A stretch of 32,000 bases of DNA from Burkholderiaceae bacterium (GTDB lineage: Bacteria; Pseudomonadota; Gammaproteobacteria; Burkholderiales; Burkholderiaceae_B), in contig OZ248330.1 of the NCBI GenBank assembly GCA_965234315.1, positions 3,704,688-3,736,687 on the forward strand. Direction: 5' to 3'. Under the pieces are notes generated by a model. That model was not told the DNA's origin, did no database searches, and saw only the letters and a list, made by a program, of their open reading frames with translations. Position 1 is the first letter of the stretch. Each line of letters begins with the position of its first letter. Position numbers and translations under genes: made by a program. Below are positions 22,256-32,000 of this stretch, piece after piece.

Positions 22256-23404
22256 TTGAAAATTACCGCAATCACTGCAATTCCCTTGTCCTTTCGACTT
22301 GATCAGGGCAAGACGGTCACGATGGGGATTGGCAGCACCACCAAGCGCGACACGATTATTGTTCGGGTCGAAACCTCTGAGGGCATTACGGGTTACGGCG
22401 AAGCCCACCCTGGCCGAAGCCCCGGAGCCGTGGTCAGCCTAATTCACAATACGCTGGCCCCCATGCTGATCGGCATGAAAGCGACTGACGTCATTGGCGT
22501 CTGGAAGCGGGTGCATCGTATGCAGCTTTCAAGCCACGGCGTAGGCTCGGGCGCCTCGCTTGGTTTATCGGGCATCGACATGGCGCTTTGGGATATTCGC
22601 GGCAAAGCCGCCAAGATGCCCTTGTATGAACTGCTGGGCGGTAGCAAGCGTCGTTTGCCCGCCTACGCTGGTGGCATCTCGTTAGGCTATCAACCCAAAG
22701 AGTCTCTGGCCGAAGAAGCCCAAGAGTATGTGGCGCAGGGTTACAAAGCGATCAAGCTCAGACTAGGCGATAGCGCAAAAGCCGATATTGAGCGTGTGCT
22801 GCACGTGCGCAAGGTACTGGGCGACGATATTGATATTTTGACTGATGCCAACACTGCCTACACCTTGGCTGACGTTCGACGTGTGTTGCCCGTGCTGGCA
22901 GATATCAAAGCGGGCTGGCTTGAAGAACCTTTTGCCTGTAACGATTTTTCGTCTTATCGCGAAGCGGCAAAGATTACGTCGCTTGTGCCGATCGCCGCCG
23001 GCGAAAACCATTATGGCCGCTTTGAGTTTGCGCAATTACGCGAAGCGGGTGCGGTGCAGATCTGGCAACCTGACTTATCAAAATGCGGCGGCATCACCGA
23101 AGGCCTAGCCATTGCAGCAATGGCATCGGCGTATCGTATCCCCATGCACACACACAGCTCAGCCACCGGCATTAACCATGCTGCCACCATTCACTTTATG
23201 GCGGCTATTGAAAATTCAGGCTATTTTGAGGCTTGCGTGTCGCACTTTAATCCCTTGCGCGATATGTTTGGCACCACCTTTGAGATTGGCGCAGACGGTT
23301 GCGTTGAACCGCTCGACAAACCTGGGATTGGGCTTGAGATTGATGAATCATTGTTTGCCAAGTATCCATTGATTGATGGGCCTGGCTATGTGGTGAAATT
23401 CTAG
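22256..23404 (+). CDS. Enolase-superfamily enzyme (mandelate racemase / muconate lactonizing enzyme family)
   Basis: 382 aa with a TTG start. It has the MR/MLE N-terminal capping domain and metal-ligand regions (LTDAN, WLEEP, AAGE). Confidence 0.85.
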   Translation: MKITAITAIPLSFRLDQGKTVTMGIGSTTKRDTIIVRVETSEGITGYGEAHPGRSPGAVVSLIHNTLAPMLIGMKATDVIGVWKRVHRMQLSSHGVGSGASLGLSGIDMALWDIRGKAAKMPLYELLGGSKRRLPAYAGGISLGYQPKESLAEEAQEYVAQGYKAIKLRLGDSAKADIERVLHVRKVLGDDIDILTDANTAYTLADVRRVLPVLADIKAGWLEEPFACNDFSSYREAAKITSLVPIAAGENHYGRFEFAQLREAGAVQIWQPDLSKCGGITEGLAIAAMASAYRIPMHTHSSATGINHAATIHFMAAIENSGYFEACVSHFNPLRDMFGTTFEIGADGCVEPLDKPGIGLEIDESLFAKYPLIDGPGYVVKF

Positions 23405-23516
23405 GGCTACAACGACTCGCCGACTGCATACTTGACTTGAAAGACAAAGAACTGCCGCTGCTTCATATCGCCGTCTAAGAGCTACAACACCACTTCTCTC
23501 ATTAACCGGAGGCATC

Positions 23517-24491
23517 ATGTTTAAAACTGTTGCAAAATTTTTCGCACCGCTCATTGCTGCTCTTGCAATGATCGCGCCGGCACACGCACAAACGTTTCCA
23601 GAGCGCTCAGTCAAAATCGTAGTGCCCTACCCACCAGGTGCCTTTAACGATTCGTTGGCACGTATGTCTAGCGAAAAGCTCACCAAGCTTTGGAACCAAA
23701 CCGTTGTGGTTGAAAACAAGCCCGGTGGCAATACCACCATTGGGAATAACTACGTGGCCAAGTCGGCTGGTGACGGCTACACGATTTTAGTTACGCCGCT
23801 ACCCTTCTCGGCCTTACCGGCCCTGTACGGAAGCAAACTTCCCTACGATGCGCTGAATGATTTTCAAGCGCTGATTTTGGCTGGCGTTGCCAACAACGTA
23901 CTGGCGACTCGCAAGGGTCTTGGTATCAAAGACGTCAATGAGTTAATTGCCTATGCCAAAAAGAATCCGGGCAAACTCAACTACGGCTCTACCGGCTCTG
24001 GCTCGTCAAACCATCTGTCGATGGAACTACTGATGAGTATGACTGGCATCAAACTCACGCACGTGCCCTACAAAGGCAGCGCCCCCGCAGTGGCAGCGCT
24101 GATGGCGGGTGAAATCGACGTACTCTTTGACAATATCCCAAACATTCTTGGGCAAATCAAAGCGGGCACTGTGACAGCGATTGCGGTCACAGGCTTAAAA
24201 CCTTCGCCACTTTTACCTGGCATCCCAACAGTTGCTGAAACCGGCGCCCCTGGTTTTGAAGTGAACGTCTGGTTTGGCATGCAAGTGCCTGCAGCAACAC
24301 CCAAAGCAGTTGTGGCTCAGGTTAATCGTCAACTCGCTGCAATCTTTCGCGAACCCGACATTACCAAACGCTTTACTGATGCCGGCGTAGAGGTGGTTGC
24401 AAGTACCCCTGAAGAATTTAGCGCGCTACTCAAAAGCGAAGTCGCTAAATGGGGCAAAGTCGTTAAAGACGCAAATATTAAAATTGAGTAA
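23517..24491 (+). CDS. Bug-family (TctC-like) periplasmic substrate-binding protein
   Basis: Signal peptide ending APAHA. Family motifs VPYPPGAFND, ENKPGGN, YGSTGSGSSNHL and HVPYKGSAPA are present. Confidence 0.85.
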   Translation: MFKTVAKFFAPLIAALAMIAPAHAQTFPERSVKIVVPYPPGAFNDSLARMSSEKLTKLWNQTVVVENKPGGNTTIGNNYVAKSAGDGYTILVTPLPFSALPALYGSKLPYDALNDFQALILAGVANNVLATRKGLGIKDVNELIAYAKKNPGKLNYGSTGSGSSNHLSMELLMSMTGIKLTHVPYKGSAPAVAALMAGEIDVLFDNIPNILGQIKAGTVTAIAVTGLKPSPLLPGIPTVAETGAPGFEVNVWFGMQVPAATPKAVVAQVNRQLAAIFREPDITKRFTDAGVEVVASTPEEFSALLKSEVAKWGKVVKDANIKIE

Positions 24492-24583
24492 AAGGGACTC
24501 GCGGGATATGACGAGGGTGAGTGAATACCGCCCTCGACGCGGGTCGACCTGTGAAGTATTGTGAAAAAAATTTGAGTCACCAA

Positions 24584-25693
24584 ATGAAAATTAAAGATGT
24601 CACCCTCACCTTGTTTAGCTGGGATGATATCCCTGCAACAAGCTATGGCGCACACACGGGTCGTTTCTCGGGCGGCAGCAAGCTTGGCCTGCTCGCCATT
24701 ACCACCGATCAAGGGATTACAGGTCACGCTTTTTTAGGCTCAGCGTTTTATCCTGCCGATATGGATGGCGCAAGCTTGATTAAGTATCTCAAGCCGATTC
24801 TGCTCAATCAAAATCCGCTTGATCGTGAACGTCTGTATAAGGCGATGTGGAAGCGCGTTCGCACCACGACCGCACGCGCCATTGGTGCGATGGATGTCGC
24901 CTTGTGGGACATCGCCGGAAAAATCGCGGACTTGCCGATTCATCAACTGCTCGGCTCTTATCGTGATCGCATTCCGGCCTATATCAGCTCAGCTGTCTTG
25001 GCGACCCCAGAGGCGTATGCCGAAGAGGCACAGCACTACCAGTCACTAAACATGGCCGCGTACAAAATTCACCCGCCACAAGTCTGGCGCGACGATATCA
25101 AGGTGTGCGAAGCTGTGCGCAAGGCAGTCGGAGACGACTACACCTTGATGCTGGATTCGGTCTGGAGCTACGACTACCCCGCCGCCTTGCGGGTTGGGCA
25201 GGCAATTGAAGCGCTTGGCTTTTATTGGTACGAAGATCCGTTAGCCGATGCGGATATCTATAATTACATTGAACTGAAAAAGCACCTGACAATCCCCATC
25301 ATGGCAACCGAATATCCAGCGGGGGGTTTGGATTCGTACGCCCCCTGGATTAAAGAACGTGCCACCGATTTCTTACGTGGCGATGTTGCCGTAAAGGGTG
25401 GCATCACAACGCTGATCAAGACTGCGCATTTAGCTGAAGCCTTTCATTTAAATTATGAAGTGCACCACGGTGGCAACTCGCTCAATAACTTCGCGAATTT
25501 ACACGTGATCATGGCGCTTCAAAACACCGAACTTTTTGAAGTACTGTTACCAGCCGAATCTCAAAAGTATGGGCTTTTGCAAGATATCGAAATCGATGCG
25601 CAGGGCATGATTCATGCACCCATGGCACCGGGTCTTGGCGCGCAAATCGATTTTGAACTGATCAAAAGAAAGACGCTGGGGGTGTTGACGTAA
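24584..25693 (+). CDS. Enolase-superfamily enzyme (MR/MLE family), second paralogue
   Basis: ORF 24521..25693. The likely start is ATG 24584 (MKIKDVTLTLF...). MR/MLE-type metal-ligand regions are present (MLDSV, WYEDP, ATEY). Confidence 0.85.
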   Translation: MKIKDVTLTLFSWDDIPATSYGAHTGRFSGGSKLGLLAITTDQGITGHAFLGSAFYPADMDGASLIKYLKPILLNQNPLDRERLYKAMWKRVRTTTARAIGAMDVALWDIAGKIADLPIHQLLGSYRDRIPAYISSAVLATPEAYAEEAQHYQSLNMAAYKIHPPQVWRDDIKVCEAVRKAVGDDYTLMLDSVWSYDYPAALRVGQAIEALGFYWYEDPLADADIYNYIELKKHLTIPIMATEYPAGGLDSYAPWIKERATDFLRGDVAVKGGITTLIKTAHLAEAFHLNYEVHHGGNSLNNFANLHVIMALQNTELFEVLLPAESQKYGLLQDIEIDAQGMIHAPMAPGLGAQIDFELIKRKTLGVLT

Positions 25694-25787
25694 CAGGATG
25701 TTTCAAGCGTCTCTGAGGCTCGCGTAAGACGATTACTGCAAACCAATTGACCGTCGTACGTTACTGAAAAATACCATTTGCAAGCGG

Positions 25788-26519
25788 TCAGGTCTTAATC
25801 TCATCGATTTGTGTCGCTTCATATTGCCGCCAGACACAAGCCCCTTTAGCAGCCTTGTCTAAAGCGGCGAGATATTTTTCGTGTGCAAATAGGTCATCGG
25901 CACTCGGCAAAATAACCGGCAAATTCAACGCTTCAAGTCGCTGCTCGTTTGCTGCCACGCTGGCGGTTTCTGGCACGTCAAAGTTGTCGATCATCAAACT
26001 GTCTTGACCGCGCGTCATGGCCAGCCAGACTTCAGCGAGCAGCCGTGAATCTAACAGCGCGCCATGCAACTGCCGGTGTGCGTTAGACACCCCATAGCGG
26101 TCACATAACGCATCAAGAGAATTACGCTTGCCCGGATGCAAGGTTTTTGCGTGTGCAAGAGAATCGGTGACGCCCGAGCAAACATTCGTAACAGGTTCTC
26201 GACCGATTTTCGCGAGTTCAGCATTTAGGAACTTCAAATCGAAAGGCGCATTGTGAATAATGAGTTCAGCGCCAGCAATAAAAGCCAGAAACTCGTCGAC
26301 CTGCTCTTCAAAACGCGGCTTCGTTGATAAAAAGTCTGTCGTCAATCCATGCACCTCAAGCGCCCCCGGATCGCTATCGCGGCCAGGGTTCAGATACGTA
26401 TGAAAATCGCGGCCAGTGATACCGCGGTTGAGTACCTCAATTGCTCCGATTTCAACGATACGATGCCCATAAGCAGGGTCAAGGCCTGTCGTTTCAGTAT
26501 CGAGAATAATCCAGCGCAT
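25788..26519 (-). CDS. dnaQ: DNA polymerase III epsilon subunit (3'-5' proofreading exonuclease)
   Basis: Starts MRWIILDTETTGLDP (Exo I). HNAPFD (Exo II) and HGALLDSRLLAEV (Exo III) are present. Confidence 0.9.
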   Translation of the reverse strand: MRWIILDTETTGLDPAYGHRIVEIGAIEVLNRGITGRDFHTYLNPGRDSDPGALEVHGLTTDFLSTKPRFEEQVDEFLAFIAGAELIIHNAPFDLKFLNAELAKIGREPVTNVCSGVTDSLAHAKTLHPGKRNSLDALCDRYGVSNAHRQLHGALLDSRLLAEVWLAMTRGQDSLMIDNFDVPETASVAANEQRLEALNLPVILPSADDLFAHEKYLAALDKAAKGACVWRQYEATQIDEIKT

Positions 26520-26679
26520 AGTTTGGGTGACCTAAAAAAAGGGCGAGCGAACGAAAGGTAATCGCTGAATAAAAAAGTGCAAATCTACTGTAAACGGTCG
26601 GCGAGCGAAGCGTGGAACCTTCCGTGCGTTCGAACAATCCGAACCCATACTGCAACTATAGCGTGAGCGGCGCGTTATC

Positions 26680-27132
26680 TCACATCCGCGATCGCGCATC
26701 CTCAACCCCACGGTTGGCCAGCAAGTCGGCCCGCTCGTTGCCCGGGTCTCCGGCGTGGCCCTTGACCCAATGCCAAGTGATGTCATGCTGGGCGACTAAA
26801 CGGTCTAGCAACAACCACAAGTCAGCATTTTTTACGGGTTTTTTGTCGGCCGTGCGCCAGCCGCGCTGCTTCCAACCGTGAATCCACTCGGTCATCCCCT
26901 TCATGACGTATTGCGAGTCGATGTGCAGGGTCACTTTGCACGGGCGCGTCAGGGCACGCAAGGCCTCAATCACGGCCATCATTTCCATACGGTTGTTGGT
27001 GGTTAAAGGTTCGCCGCCGTGCAGCGTTTTTTCAACGTTGCCGCGCTTTAACAAAACACCCCAACCGCCCGGGCCCGGATTGCCTTTGCATGCGCCATCT
27101 GTCCAAATTTCTACGGTGTCTTCAGTATTCAT
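26680..27132 (-). CDS. rnhA: Ribonuclease HI
   Basis: 150 aa with [26 protein letters not shown] and WVKGHAG..GNERAD motifs. Confidence 0.95.
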   Translation of the reverse strand: MNTEDTVEIWTDGACKGNPGPGGWGVLLKRGNVEKTLHGGEPLTTNNRMEMMAVIEALRALTRPCKVTLHIDSQYVMKGMTEWIHGWKQRGWRTADKKPVKNADLWLLLDRLVAQHDITWHWVKGHAGDPGNERADLLANRGVEDARSRM

Positions 27133-27250
27133 GACAAGTTTCTTAAGATTAGTGTTCTCGCCACCACAAAGAGCGAGGCGTAGTCGAGCGCATCCTGTTA
27201 TTCGCGCTATTTATCCTTCGCCTGTTCGGGGAGGATTTTCTTGCATTCGG

Positions 27251-28042
27251 CTAAACAGAGTCGTCCAGCGACTTTGAGCTGGTCTTTTGCTGCAACGTTG
27301 CGCCAGCGGTCTGGCGTGCACCTTTGCGCACCGCCGCGGCAGTTTTCCAACGCGGCTTAATCAGTCGCATGCCAGCCACGCGCTTCACAGCTGAAACAAC
27401 ATAGACAGCGCCACAGACCGGCCACCAACGGTTGCCGGCCGCCTCGGCAAACGCAAAGCGATCTAGCCATTTTTGTGAGCGAAGTGGGGGAACATAACAG
27501 CCAAAGTGCCCTAACTCGATTTCAAACGACAACAACTTGAGCCAATCCTTCAACCGGGGCAGCGACACCTGAGCCTGAACAGGTCGCGGTAACCAAGGTG
27601 CCAAATATGGGATTCGTTGGCGTACGCCCCAAAGACTCCAGGGGTTAAATCCTGAAATAACGACCCGGCCTTCAGGCACTAGAACACGCTCAACCTCGCG
27701 CAAGACTTGATGTGGGTGAGCACTTGCTTCTAAGCCATGCGGCAATACTAATAGGTCTACACTCTGTGAGTCAAAAGGCAAGAACTCTGGTTCGGCCAAG
27801 ACCATGCCCGCCCAATCTGCCGCAGGTAACAGCGGTAACTCGGCACCGGCGTAGGCCTTAAAGGGCATACGGTTGGCGCGCAAAAGGTCAAGATTAGGTT
27901 GCCCCAGTTGCAACGCGTGATAGCCAAACACGTCGGCGACCATCTTATCGAAGCAGGTTTGCTCAAAGCGCTGCACATACTGGCCGAGTTCGCTCTGTCG
28001 CCACTGCTCAAAGTCTACAATAGGGGATCTTGGTTTCGACAC
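27251..28042 (-). CDS. Class I SAM-dependent methyltransferase-like protein, as conserved next to gloB/rnhA in betaproteobacteria
   Basis: 263 aa with a GTG start. The call rests on the VADVFGYHALQLG region, synteny and length. The SAM motif itself is weak by eye. Confidence 0.65.
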   Translation of the reverse strand: MSKPRSPIVDFEQWRQSELGQYVQRFEQTCFDKMVADVFGYHALQLGQPNLDLLRANRMPFKAYAGAELPLLPAADWAGMVLAEPEFLPFDSQSVDLLVLPHGLEASAHPHQVLREVERVLVPEGRVVISGFNPWSLWGVRQRIPYLAPWLPRPVQAQVSLPRLKDWLKLLSFEIELGHFGCYVPPLRSQKWLDRFAFAEAAGNRWWPVCGAVYVVSAVKRVAGMRLIKPRWKTAAAVRKGARQTAGATLQQKTSSKSLDDSV

Positions 28043-28055
28043 GTGTTCTCAAAAA

Positions 28056-28874
28056 ATGAATAAAACTCAGCGCCATCCTGACTTTGCACAGCCAAGCCCC
28101 GGCATCTCTCCGATCTCGGCCTTCAGCGACAACTATATATGGTTAGTCTCTAATGGCCGCCAAGCCTTGGTGGTTGATCCTGGTCAAGCCCAGCCAGTGT
28201 TGCAGGTTCTAAAAGAACAACAACTCTCACTGAACGCTATTTTACTCACCCATCACCACGACGACCACGTTGGCGGGGTTGCTGAACTAGTGGCACAAAC
28301 GGGTGCCAAGGTTTGGGGGCCCGCTGGCGAGGTCTTGCCGGTGTGCGACGTAGCGTTGGTCGAAGGCGACACCTTCGAAGATACTTCGCTTGAGCTAAAA
28401 CTCTCGGTTTTGGATATTCCTGGCCATACTGGGGGGCATATTGCATTTTTTGGAACTTTCGGCACCACCCCAGTTGTGTTTTGTGGCGATACACTCTTTG
28501 CAGCAGGCTGTGGGCGCGTATTTGAAGGAACCCCCGCTATGATGGAAGCGTCGCTGGCAAAACTGGCAGCACTGCCAGTGGACTCGAGGGTGTACTGCGC
28601 CCATGAGTACACACTGTCCAATATGCGCTGGGCCAGTGTGGTTGAACCCGATAACCTTGCGCTGCAAAGTTGGCAAGAACACGCTAACGAGCAACGCCGG
28701 TTAAATCAGCCTACCCTTCCCAGCTCGATCGAACTTGAGTTGGCCTGTAACCCGTTTTTGCGCGTGCGGCAGCCCAGTATTGTGCAGGCCGCCACCAACT
28801 GGGCGCAACGCGAACTCACCACCCCGGTTGAGGTATTCGCGGCGCTCAGAGAGTGGAAAAACAACTTCCGTTGA
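28056..28874 (+). CDS. gloB: Hydroxyacylglutathione hydrolase (glyoxalase II)
   Basis: It has the metallo-beta-lactamase fold motif THHHDDHVGG. FSDNYIW lies near the N-terminus and CAHEYT is also present. Confidence 0.9.
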   Translation: MNKTQRHPDFAQPSPGISPISAFSDNYIWLVSNGRQALVVDPGQAQPVLQVLKEQQLSLNAILLTHHHDDHVGGVAELVAQTGAKVWGPAGEVLPVCDVALVEGDTFEDTSLELKLSVLDIPGHTGGHIAFFGTFGTTPVVFCGDTLFAAGCGRVFEGTPAMMEASLAKLAALPVDSRVYCAHEYTLSNMRWASVVEPDNLALQSWQEHANEQRRLNQPTLPSSIELELACNPFLRVRQPSIVQAATNWAQRELTTPVEVFAALREWKNNFR

Positions 28875-28879
28875 AGCCC

Positions 28880-30214
28880 ATGCGTTTGTTTCGTTTATTG
28901 TGCGTGCTCAGTCTGCTGGCCTTGGTGGGCTGCGCTGCCACGGATCAAAAAAGCCGTTACGTCGCTGCGGACACCTCGCGCACAATCGATTTAACGATCC
29001 CACCGCTTGACGTCTGGGAACGCATCCGTCGCGGTTTTGCCATCCCCAACCTCAACACGCCCCTCTCGGCCAAGTGGACAGCCTATTACGCCTCGCACCC
29101 TGAAGCGATGCAACGCATGGCCGAACGGGCTGGCAAATATTTGTATTACATTGTTGACGAAATCAACCGACGCGGCCTGCCCACCGAGTTAGCCCTGCTG
29201 CCGTTTGTCGAAAGTGCCTATAACCCGGTCGCCTATTCAAGCGCCCGCGCCTCAGGGCTTTGGCAATTTATCCCAAGCACCGGCACGCAGTTCAAGCTCA
29301 AGCAAGACTGGTGGCACGATCAACGGCGTGACCCCATCGCCTCGACGAACGCGGCACTCGACTACCTAGAATATCTGTTCGAGTTTCAAGGCGACTGGTA
29401 TCTGGCACTTGCCTCGTACAACTGGGGTGAAGGCTCGGTCAAACGCGCGGTCACACGCAATATGGCGATGGGCAAGTCAACCGACTATCTGTCTCTTAGC
29501 ATGCCCAACGAGACCCTGAACTACGTGCCCAAGTTGCAGGCAATTAAAAATATCGTGGCCGACCCCGAACGCTACGCCGTCGTTCTACCTCAAGTCGATA
29601 ACAGCCCTTACTTTGTTGCGGTGCAAAAGAAGGTCAACATCGACTTCACAATTGCAGCACAGTTAGCTGAAATGCCGATTGCTGACTTTCACGCGTTAAA
29701 CCCCTCGTTTAACCAGCCGGTTATTTCAGCGCAAGAAGAGCATGTCGTCATCTTGCCTCGCAATAAAGTTGATATTTTCAATGCCAACCTCTTGCAGTAT
29801 CAAGGCGAACTCTCATCCTGGAAAACCTACGAAGCCAAGACGGGCGATACCTTTAGCTCAATTGCTGCCAAGTTTGGCGTCGCCGAGGCCCGTTTGCGTC
29901 AAGCGAATCGCATTGAACCAAACGCGCGCGTCACTGCAGAGCAAATCGTCATTATTCCTGGCCCGGCCGGACAAGGGCTGCAGCTTGCGCCACCCAGCGC
30001 CTCGGGGGTGCCGCAAGTTGCAGGGCGACAGCCCAGTGCCACAACCAGCCAACAAGTACGCATCCATGTTGTACGCAAAGGCGAATCCCTCGAATCGATC
30101 GCTCGCCAATACAATACGACGATCGTGAGCTTGCGCGCGCTGAACAGCCTAAAAACTGATACCGTTCAAGTCGGCGCTAAACTGCGTGTTCCCGGCACGG
30201 GTAATCGCAGTTGA
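28880..30214 (+). CDS. mltD: Membrane-bound lytic murein transglycosylase D-like lipoprotein (SLT domain plus 2 LysM)
   Basis: Likely start ATG 28880 with lipobox LALVGC. The SLT catalytic region is PFVESAYNP...SGLWQF. There are two C-terminal LysM repeats (YEAKTGDTFSSIAAKF..., HVVRKGESLESIARQY...). Confidence 0.85.
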   Translation: MRLFRLLCVLSLLALVGCAATDQKSRYVAADTSRTIDLTIPPLDVWERIRRGFAIPNLNTPLSAKWTAYYASHPEAMQRMAERAGKYLYYIVDEINRRGLPTELALLPFVESAYNPVAYSSARASGLWQFIPSTGTQFKLKQDWWHDQRRDPIASTNAALDYLEYLFEFQGDWYLALASYNWGEGSVKRAVTRNMAMGKSTDYLSLSMPNETLNYVPKLQAIKNIVADPERYAVVLPQVDNSPYFVAVQKKVNIDFTIAAQLAEMPIADFHALNPSFNQPVISAQEEHVVILPRNKVDIFNANLLQYQGELSSWKTYEAKTGDTFSSIAAKFGVAEARLRQANRIEPNARVTAEQIVIIPGPAGQGLQLAPPSASGVPQVAGRQPSATTSQQVRIHVVRKGESLESIARQYNTTIVSLRALNSLKTDTVQVGAKLRVPGTGNRS

Positions 30215-30269
30215 CGCCCTACCCGCTTTTGTAGATTCGCTTCGTTGACTTTTTATTTCTAGGATTTTT

Positions 30270-31055
30270 ATGGGCTTTCTTTCTGGCAAACGCATTTTAA
30301 TTACAGGCGTCATCTCTAATCGGTCGATTGCCTACGGCATTGCCAAAGCCTGCCACGAGCAAGGTGCCACATTGGCGTTCACCTACGTTGGCGAACGTTT
30401 TGAAGAACGAGTCAAAGAATTTGCGGCCGATTTTGGTAGCAATATCGTGTTGCCCTGTGATGTCGCCGAAGACAGTCAAATCGAAGCCACCTTTACCGAG
30501 CTTGCTAAACATTGGGATGGACTAGAGGGCTTGGTTCACTCGATTGGCTTTGCACCACGCGAAGCCATTGCCGGCGAATTTCTAGAGGGCCTCTCGCGTG
30601 AAGCCTTTCGAATCGCTCACGACATTTCTTCGTACAGCTTTCCGGCTTTAGCTAAAGCCGCTCGGCCAATGATGCAAGGGCGCAATGGCGCCCTGATCAC
30701 GCTGACCTACCTGGGTGCCGAACGCGTTCTTGCCAACTACAACACCATGGGGCTGGCCAAAGCTTCGCTTGAGGCCTCAGTGCGCTACTTAGCCGCCAAC
30801 CTTGGGCCCGAAGGCATTCGTGCCAACGGTATTTCAGCCGGTCCGATTAAAACATTGGCCGCAAGTGGCATTAAAGATTTTTCAAGCATCTTGAAATTTG
30901 TCGAAGCCAGCGCACCCTTGCGTCGCAATGTCACCATCGAGCAAGTCGGTAACGTCGCTGCCTTTTTGCTGTCAGACTTAGCCTCGGGCGTGACTGGCGA
31001 AATCCTGCATGTCGACTCAGGTTTTTCAAATGTTGTGGCTGGTCTAGTCGAGTAA
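30270..31055 (+). CDS. fabI: Enoyl-[acyl-carrier-protein] reductase (NADH) FabI
   Basis: Starts [26 protein letters not shown]. The SDR-type Y-x6-K region ([12 protein letters not shown]) is present and the length is 261 aa. Confidence 0.95.
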   Translation: MGFLSGKRILITGVISNRSIAYGIAKACHEQGATLAFTYVGERFEERVKEFAADFGSNIVLPCDVAEDSQIEATFTELAKHWDGLEGLVHSIGFAPREAIAGEFLEGLSREAFRIAHDISSYSFPALAKAARPMMQGRNGALITLTYLGAERVLANYNTMGLAKASLEASVRYLAANLGPEGIRANGISAGPIKTLAASGIKDFSSILKFVEASAPLRRNVTIEQVGNVAAFLLSDLASGVTGEILHVDSGFSNVVAGLVE

Positions 31056-31072
31056 GCGTTTTAGCCGAAAGA

Positions 31073-32000
31073 CTACCGGGCACCTAACTGCAAGATTTCG
31101 GCGGCACTATTCACGCTGGCCATATCTAAAGATTTAGCCAATAGCGATCGTGCGCGGCGTTCACCCAACACGGGTATGACAAGCTCAAGAAACTTTGCCG
31201 CGAGTTGTTGATCATTCATCGGATTAGTCACGCTACCCGTCGCATCACGCGTGAAGTGTTCGACTTCGCGGCCATCATGCAACCGAATGCTCACCACTGC
31301 CTGGTTATCTTGCAGCGCTGAATCTGCGACCACCTCAGCATGCTCTTGCAAGCTACGAACCGAGGGATCCATGACACTACTTAATGTGCCTTGTGCAATC
31401 CCAGCGGCGCCGTAAACTAAACTTGCCCCCACCCAGTGATATAAGCTCACCTGAGCATCTAAAACAGTTTCGGGCAGTTTGCGCCAACACAATGTCAGCG
31501 CATCTGGATGTACCCGCAGCGAGATGTTTGCAATATCTTGATGACTAATACTGTGGGTGCGCTGCAAGTGTAAGCACGCATCAATTGCTGGGTGAACCAC
31601 GATGCCGCAAGGATAAGGTTTGAAAGCATTATTCAAGGATTCGAAACGCTCGCCGAGCTGATCTCGTATCAAACTCGCATCATGACCCCCCGTTAAAACT
31701 TGCAGTAAGCCGTTACGACCATCGATCGCAATTGCGCTACACGCATAATTGGCAGCAGCCAGATGAGCCGCCACCACACCGTCGCGCGCAGCGAGCCCCG
31801 GCACAAAGGTGATAGCCATGCTGCCGTGTGCCGCACGCAGGCCACCCGCCTGACTTGCGGCGAGCCCAAGCGCCGACACCATTTGAGGCTGCGTCAAATT
31901 CAACAAACGACCGACCGCAGCAGCGGCTCCGATCGCCCCCGATAAGCCCGTCATGTACCAACCCATGTTGGCGCCGCCGGCCTTGATCGCGCAACTCACA
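31073..32000 (-). CDS. MmgE/PrpD-family protein, C-terminal ~308 codons (N-terminus beyond the right edge)
   Basis: The ORF is open to the window end; the first codon in the track is an internal GTG. Composition and length fit the C-terminal two-thirds of PrpD-family dehydratases. Confidence 0.7.
   Translation of the reverse strand, partial: VSCAIKAGGANMGWYMTGLSGAIGAAAAVGRLLNLTQPQMVSALGLAASQAGGLRAAHGSMAITFVPGLAARDGVVAAHLAAANYACSAIAIDGRNGLLQVLTGGHDASLIRDQLGERFESLNNAFKPYPCGIVVHPAIDACLHLQRTHSISHQDIANISLRVHPDALTLCWRKLPETVLDAQVSLYHWVGASLVYGAAGIAQGTLSSVMDPSVRSLQEHAEVVADSALQDNQAVVSIRLHDGREVEHFTRDATGSVTNPMNDQQLAAKFLELVIPVLGERRARSLLAKSLDMASVNSAAEILQLGAR

Noticed and set aside
28853-28879. Upstream extension of the mltD ORF overlapping gloB
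   Set aside because: The internal ATG at 28880 gives a canonical lipoprotein signal peptide (…LALVGC). The extension adds nine residues with no signal function.

Overview
This 32-kb chromosomal window looks like a Burkholderiales-type betaproteobacterium. That is an inference from two Bug/TctC-family binding proteins and the gloB / methyltransferase-rnhA-dnaQ / mltD / fabI neighbourhood. Ordinary metabolic and housekeeping genes occupy 1-4.2 kb and 18.1-32 kb.

Between them lie a vapBC toxin-antitoxin pair and a ~13.0-kb, visibly AT-richer integrative island (4994-18027). The island sits in the 3' half of tRNA-Val(CAC). A tyrosine integrase lies next to the tRNA, a displaced 45-nt copy of the tRNA 3' half marks the far end, and GTAGTACA arm-type repeats lie just inside both ends.

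The island cargo is almost entirely orphan:
- a secreted 590-aa Sel1-repeat protein built on near-identical 108-bp tandem units;
- three unknown proteins (163, 263 and 279 aa);
- a FimB/FimE-sized tyrosine recombinase with only the catalytic domain;
- a 197-aa protein with HUH (rolling-circle Rep-like) motif order, followed by a 458-bp non-coding stretch;
- an XRE regulator;
- an XRE-divergent operon: an unlisted 54-aa zinc-ribbon ORF, a membrane-anchored 246-aa protein, a 65-aa ORF and a Pro-rich protein. The central gene is cleanly split by an intact IS21-family element (6545-9011, 7-bp target duplication).

The most interesting unexplained signal is a family of near-palindromic 16-24-bp sites at 5473, 9684 (partial), 13138 and 14057. 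The last two are a perfect 16-bp inverted pair. They bracket one orphan gene plus the only possible promoter region of its divergent neighbour, about 0.9 kb from the small recombinase. This is either a candidate invertible switch or an operator network.

I recognised no rRNA, CRISPR array or known defence system. All family assignments come from motif recognition by eye, not from database searches.
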